A stretch of 51,461 nt of DNA, taken from contig CAZYTV010000003.1 in assembly GCA_964650455.1 (NCBI GenBank), positions 1 through 51,461 of the forward strand, given 5' to 3'. Origin of the DNA: an uncultured Chitinophaga sp. (GTDB lineage: Bacteria; Bacteroidota; Bacteroidia; Chitinophagales; Chitinophagaceae). Positions 46,810-51,461 of this stretch are shown in pieces (the stretch's first letter is position 1; each line of letters opens with the position of its first letter). The notes below the pieces were generated by a model. It had not been told where the DNA came from and did no database searches. It was given only the letters and a program-made list of their open reading frames with translations. The translations under genes and the position numbers were made by a program.

Positions 46810-48417
46810 ATGAAACATATATCAATAAATAAAATAATTCTGGCAGGCGCCTTACTGGTGACGCTGTCCTCCTGCGCGAAAAAGCTGGACCTGTTTCCGC
46901 AAAATGACCTGACCAATGAGACCACGTACTCCACCGCTGCCGGTTACCGTGCAGTACTGGCAAAAGTATATGCGGGTCTCGCGACCACCGGTAATGCCGG
47001 ACCTGCTGGTGCATCTGATATACAGGGACTGGACGAAGGTTCTCAGTCTCCTTTTATCCGTGGGTTCTTTAACTGCCAGGAACTGCCTACCGATGAGGCC
47101 GTGGTTTCCTGGAATGACCAGACCATTAAAGATTTCCATAACCTGAGCTGGTCCAGTTCAGATCCTTTTCTGAAAGGGATGTATGCCCGCCCGATCTATA
47201 ATGTGATGGTGGCTAATGAATACCTCCGTGAATCAACCGATGATAAATTATCTGCCCGTGGTATCAGCGGTGCAGAGGCAACTGAAATCAAATCCACCCG
47301 TGCGGAAGTCCGGTTCCTCCGTGCTTTCAACTACTGGGTGATGATGGACATTTTCGGTAAATCAACCTTTATTGATGAAACCAATGTGGTGGGTACCACC
47401 CTGCCCGGAGAAAAAAACCGTGCAGAACTCTTCACATTCATCGACACTGAACTGAAAGCCATTGAATCAGAACTCAAGACCGTGAAAACCGCTGAATACG
47501 GCCGTATTGACCAGGGAGCTGCCTGGGCTTTACTCGCCAGGATGTACCTGAATGCTCAGACCTATACCGGTACCGCCAAATGGACCGAAGCGATCACTTA
47601 CGCGAAGAAAGTGATTGCCGGTGGTTATTCTTTACACAGCGATTACCGCCAGCTTTTCATGGCTGATAATGACAAACGCACCAGTGAAATGATCTATGCA
47701 GTGAACTGCGATGGCCTGCATACCAAATCATACGGTAATACCACTTTCTTTGTGCACGCTGCTTCGGGAGATGATCATAATGAATTTGGAGTGGGCGGCG
47801 GATGGTACGGCTACCGTGCCACCAAGGGACTGGCTGACCGCTTTACTGACCTGACAGGTGCAACTGATAAAAGGGCCATGTTTACCACTTCAGCTTTTGG
47901 CACCTCCCCTGCGCAGATTGCCATTTCCGATGTGGGCAATTTTGTAAATGGTCTCCATGTAAACAAATACAGGAATATCCGTTCAGATGGCGGACCCGTA
48001 TCTGATGTCAACCGCGATTTCGCGGATATCGATTTCCCCATCTTCCGGCTGTCTGAAATGTACCTCATCTATGCTGAAGCCGTACTTCGTGGCGGTACCG
48101 GTGGCGATCTGACTACGGCAACCGGTTATATCAACCTGATCCGTCAGCGTGCTTTTGGAAATACCTCCGGTAATATCACTTCCGGCCAGTTGGATCTCCC
48201 CTTCATCCTGGATGAAAGAGCCCGCGAGTTATACTGGGAAGGTCACCGTCGTACCGACCTGATCCGCTACAATCAACTGACCACCGGTACTTACCTGTGG
48301 CCCTGGAAAGGTGGCGTGGCCAGTGGAACTTCTGTAGACAGCAAGTACAATATTTTCCCGATCCCTGCTACCAACCGGACAGCGAATCCTAACCTGACTC
48401 AAAACCCCGGTTATTAA
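46810..48417 (+). CDS. susD: SusD-family lipoprotein (SusD2; starch/galactan SusD-like clade)
   Basis: Lipobox LSSC; QELPTDEA, FRLSEMYLIYAEA, DERARELYWEGHRRTDLIRY, NPNLTQNPGY. Confidence 0.95.
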   Translation: MKHISINKIILAGALLVTLSSCAKKLDLFPQNDLTNETTYSTAAGYRAVLAKVYAGLATTGNAGPAGASDIQGLDEGSQSPFIRGFFNCQELPTDEAVVSWNDQTIKDFHNLSWSSSDPFLKGMYARPIYNVMVANEYLRESTDDKLSARGISGAEATEIKSTRAEVRFLRAFNYWVMMDIFGKSTFIDETNVVGTTLPGEKNRAELFTFIDTELKAIESELKTVKTAEYGRIDQGAAWALLARMYLNAQTYTGTAKWTEAITYAKKVIAGGYSLHSDYRQLFMADNDKRTSEMIYAVNCDGLHTKSYGNTTFFVHAASGDDHNEFGVGGGWYGYRATKGLADRFTDLTGATDKRAMFTTSAFGTSPAQIAISDVGNFVNGLHVNKYRNIRSDGGPVSDVNRDFADIDFPIFRLSEMYLIYAEAVLRGGTGGDLTTATGYINLIRQRAFGNTSGNITSGQLDLPFILDERARELYWEGHRRTDLIRYNQLTTGTYLWPWKGGVASGTSVDSKYNIFPIPATNRTANPNLTQNPGY

Positions 48418-48441
48418 TCTTAATCATAAAATTGCTCGATT

Positions 48442-49269
48442 ATGAAAAATATTTTGAAACTTCTGTTTGGCTCTCTGTTCCTGGCAGCAGCTTTTTCTTC
48501 CTGCGAAAAGGATGAGAACAAAATCTATTATGAAGGAGGCACCGCCCCGGCGCTGACTGCTTCCTCAACGGCAGCACAGGTGCTCCTGATCACCAATAAG
48601 AATAATACGGCGCTGACCCTGAACTGGACCAACCCGAATTATATGTTTACTACAGGGATAAATTCACAGGATGTGACCTATACCCTGCAGTTTGATACTG
48701 TGGGCGCTAATTTTACCAGTCCCAAGAAATATGAAAAGGCGATTGCCAAAGACCTGAACATTACCCTGACCGTGGGCGAATTAAATACCGCTTTACTGGG
48801 AATGGATATGGTGGAAAACATGGCGCATAATATTGAAATGCGGGTAAAAGCCACGCTGATCAATGGCACGGTGCCCCTGATTTCCAATGTGATCACGATC
48901 CGCATCACTCCTTATCTGGATGTGGTTTACCCGGTACCGGCCAAACTGTTCATTACCGGCGCAGCTACACCAGCCAGTTGGATGGGTGGTGGTGATCCCG
49001 AACTGGCAAGTCAGCGGTTTACCAAAATCTCCAGCTCTGAATTCCAGATCAACAGTCTGGCCATTACCCCCGATGTAGGGTTCCTGTTTGTACCTGTTTA
49101 TGGTGACTGGGGAAATAAATACGGATTTACCGGTGCCGGATTGGCAAATAATGTAAACGGAGACAGCTTCCAGCCTGGTGGAAACGATTTTAAATCACCC
49201 GGTGTGGCAGGTAATTACAAGATTGTGGTAAGCTTCAAGACCGGTAAATACACAATGACCAAACTATAA
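48442..49269 (+). CDS. SusE-like surface glycan-binding lipoprotein
   Basis: Lipobox FSSC-EKDE; SusE-type N-domain (LNWTNPNY..VTYTLQFD..F..P..ELN); one CBM-like module LFITGAATPASW. Confidence 0.82.
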   Translation: MKNILKLLFGSLFLAAAFSSCEKDENKIYYEGGTAPALTASSTAAQVLLITNKNNTALTLNWTNPNYMFTTGINSQDVTYTLQFDTVGANFTSPKKYEKAIAKDLNITLTVGELNTALLGMDMVENMAHNIEMRVKATLINGTVPLISNVITIRITPYLDVVYPVPAKLFITGAATPASWMGGGDPELASQRFTKISSSEFQINSLAITPDVGFLFVPVYGDWGNKYGFTGAGLANNVNGDSFQPGGNDFKSPGVAGNYKIVVSFKTGKYTMTKL

Positions 49270-49293
49270 TTACGGAATACAAAACAACAAACA

Positions 49294-51057
49294 ATGAAAA
49301 ATATTTTTAAAATACTTGCACTGGCTGTTACATCCGTGGTTTTAGTTACGGCCTGTACCAAAGTGCCGGACCTGCCTTATTACGGGGAAGGAAAGGCTGT
49401 AACCTTTACGGCTAATAAAACTGCTGTGACAGCTACACCGGCAGACTCACTCAACCCGGTCATAACTTTTAACTGGACTAACCCTGAATACAAGCAGGAC
49501 AGTTCCCTGTACAAGTTTGTCCTGGAGATTGATTCCACCGGACGGAACTTTGCCAAAAAAACATTGAAAACAGTTACCGGTGTTTCGACCACTTCACTGA
49601 CCGGTAAAGAACTCAACAATATCCTGCTGAATTATGGTTTTGCTCTCGGCACTCCGTATGACCTGGATATCCGCCTGATTTCTTCTTATGGGAATAATAA
49701 TGAAAGTTACCAGTCAAACGTGTTGAAAATAAGGGTGACTCCTTACAATGATCCGTCTGTACTGACAACCGTGAACAGCAGTGTCACCTGTGCTTTAGCT
49801 ACAGCAGCCCAGTTGTCAAATACATTCAACTGGTCTTCTTCCTTTAACGGGTATGCTGGTGTGGTCACCTATACTTTACAGTACGATTCTGCTACCAAGA
49901 ATTTTGTAGCACCCATTGAAATACCCGTTGGAGCCAGCCTTTATACAAAAGCACTAACCCAGGGGGAGATGAATCAAACCGCGTTAACCTCCGGAATCCC
50001 GGGTGGAACCACTGGTAAAGTGGAGTACAGGATTAAAGCCACTACAGCCCAGGGTGCGGTTTCTTATTCCAATGTGGTGAATGTAACCATTGCGAGTTAT
50101 GTACCCATTCTCCGGTTCTATCTGCCGGGTGGTTACCAGGCCGCAACCGGTAACGGTAATAACTGGGATCCCGGAACCGCTCCGGAATTGATCCGTGACC
50201 TGAGATCTGCAGCGCTGAACCAGTTATATTATATCTACATGTACCTGCCCGCCAATGCAGAATTTAAAGTAACTCAGGGTCGTTCCTGGGATGTGAACTA
50301 TGGAGGCTCAGGCGGAAACTTATCAGCAGGTGGTGCCAACTTAACCGTTGCCACAGCAGGTTTCTACCGGATTTCTGTAGACAGGGTGAATATGAAGTAT
50401 GATATCCGTGAAGGCCGTATGGGCTTTGTGGGTGGTTCAACCGGAGCTGGCTGGACACCTGCCAACGTATTCCCGAACTATGGAATGGGTCTGGCTTCAA
50501 ATAACCTCTTTGTTGGATTATCTGACTTTACCACCGGAGGATGGAAAATGATTGATCATAATGACTGGAACAATGGTGATATCAGTGTGCTGAATGCAAG
50601 AAGTTATGGATCCACCGGTCCCAGCGGAAGTACTTTACTGGTCAATGATGCCAATATGCCTGATATAGCCACTGCCGGACGTTACCGGGTAATCTGGGAT
50701 GGCCGCAATGTGGATAATGTGAAATATGAAATGTCTGCGGCAACAGAAATGCGCGTGGTGGGAGATGGTATCCAGGGCGTGAATGCCTGGGATCCCGGCG
50801 CCAGTCCGCAAATGACCTATACCGGCAACGGTGTATGGACCCTTACCGTAACCCTGGTGGCAGGCAAGGATATCAAATTCCTGGCTGGTAATGCATGGGG
50901 CGCTTTTGACTATGAAGATAACAGCGGTGGCACCACAGCTACCGGTACCCCCCGGAAGATCAAATGGGAAGGTGGAGATAACTTCAAAACACCTACTACG
51001 ACCGGAAGCTATACCATTACCCTGAATGAGTATACACAAACCGTGACCATCAACTAG
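49294..51057 (+). CDS. SusE/SusF-like surface glycan-binding lipoprotein with two SusE-type domains and three CBM-like modules
   Basis: Lipobox VTAC; repeated FNW...Y.L..D...F; modules YLPGGYQ..WDP, FVGG...W, VVGDG....WDP. Confidence 0.82.
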   Translation: MKNIFKILALAVTSVVLVTACTKVPDLPYYGEGKAVTFTANKTAVTATPADSLNPVITFNWTNPEYKQDSSLYKFVLEIDSTGRNFAKKTLKTVTGVSTTSLTGKELNNILLNYGFALGTPYDLDIRLISSYGNNNESYQSNVLKIRVTPYNDPSVLTTVNSSVTCALATAAQLSNTFNWSSSFNGYAGVVTYTLQYDSATKNFVAPIEIPVGASLYTKALTQGEMNQTALTSGIPGGTTGKVEYRIKATTAQGAVSYSNVVNVTIASYVPILRFYLPGGYQAATGNGNNWDPGTAPELIRDLRSAALNQLYYIYMYLPANAEFKVTQGRSWDVNYGGSGGNLSAGGANLTVATAGFYRISVDRVNMKYDIREGRMGFVGGSTGAGWTPANVFPNYGMGLASNNLFVGLSDFTTGGWKMIDHNDWNNGDISVLNARSYGSTGPSGSTLLVNDANMPDIATAGRYRVIWDGRNVDNVKYEMSAATEMRVVGDGIQGVNAWDPGASPQMTYTGNGVWTLTVTLVAGKDIKFLAGNAWGAFDYEDNSGGTTATGTPRKIKWEGGDNFKTPTTTGSYTITLNEYTQTVTIN

Positions 51058-51081
51058 ATCATGAAGAATTAAATATTATAG

Positions 51082-51110
51082 AACGCCGCCTTTTTTAAAG
51101 GCGGCGTTTT
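51082..51110 (+). terminator. Intrinsic terminator after the susF-like gene
   Basis: AACGCCGCCTTT-ttt-AAAGGCGGCGTT followed by T-rich sequence. Confidence 0.85.
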
Positions 51111-51122
51111 AATTTTAGGTAT

Positions 51123-51461
51123 ATGAAAAAGAATTGGGTCTTATCAGTTTTTATAATCCTCTTATGGACGGGTATATTCTCCGGCTCCTGTAAATCCGAC
51201 AAACCGGCACCCACTCCACCGGCACCCACATTTACTTTTGCCAAAGGTGCTGATGTTGGCTGGCTGACCGAGATGGAAGCAGCCGGTAAGAAATTCTATA
51301 ATGCGGCCGGTACAGAAATGGAATGTATGGCCCTGTTGAAAAGCCTGGGGATGAATTCCATCCGGCTGCGGGTATGGGTAAATCCATCCGGTGGATGGAA
51401 TAATGCAGCGGATGTACTGGCCAAAGCCACAAGGGCCAAGAATGCCGGTATGCGCCTGATG
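51123..51461 (+). CDS. GH53 endo-beta-1,4-galactanase lipoprotein, 5' part (truncated by window end; absent from the ORF track)
   Basis: Manual translation MKKNWVLSVFIILLWTGIFSGSC...FAKGADVGWLTEME..G..F......LLKSLGMNSIRLRVWVNP..G.N...V....RAKNAGMRLM. Confidence 0.88.
   Translation, partial: MKKNWVLSVFIILLWTGIFSGSCKSDKPAPTPPAPTFTFAKGADVGWLTEMEAAGKKFYNAAGTEMECMALLKSLGMNSIRLRVWVNPSGGWNNAADVLAKATRAKNAGMRLM

Overview
A 51.5-kb chromosomal segment from a Bacteroidota bacterium, most likely Chitinophagaceae-like (SusC/SusD pairs, a T9SS C-terminal domain, lipoprotein signal peptides, no Shine-Dalgarno sites). The left 4.2 kb is housekeeping: the asd 3' part, a DUF2461 gene, an HNH/HTH gene and ligA. 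The rest is a carbohydrate supercluster. It holds a T9SS-secreted GH13 amylase and an NrtR-family regulator; a LacI gene; and SusC1-SusD1 followed by three ~1110-aa FG-GAP/VCBS-ASPIC/UnbV lipoproteins. Next come a sucrose/alpha-glucoside operon (MFS, GH13 alpha-glucosidase, sugar porter, PfkB kinase, amylosucrase-like GH13) and a convergent GH37 trehalase-MFS-LacI block. A four-gene cassette with two vanadium-haloperoxidase/PAP2 lipoproteins and a GH65 hydrolase follow, then a second SusC2-SusD2-SusE/F-like PUL and a truncated GH53. The main observations read from the DNA are: (i) four NrtR-type operators (GTGTnnTTRRTACA) linking the amylase-nrtR promoter and both susC promoters; (ii) five LacI-type operators; (iii) a shared GATTGCTTATG start context; (iv) a PUL where giant FG-GAP propeller lipoproteins occupy the SusE/F position, with haloperoxidase-like enzymes nearby, one carrying a Ser->Cys active-site change and preceded by a possible HAPP arrest-peptide gene; (v) a probably nuclease-dead HNH protein next to heptamer arrays and a perfect 24-bp palindrome. 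No rRNA, tRNA, CRISPR or transposase was seen. All family calls come from motif recognition, not database searches.
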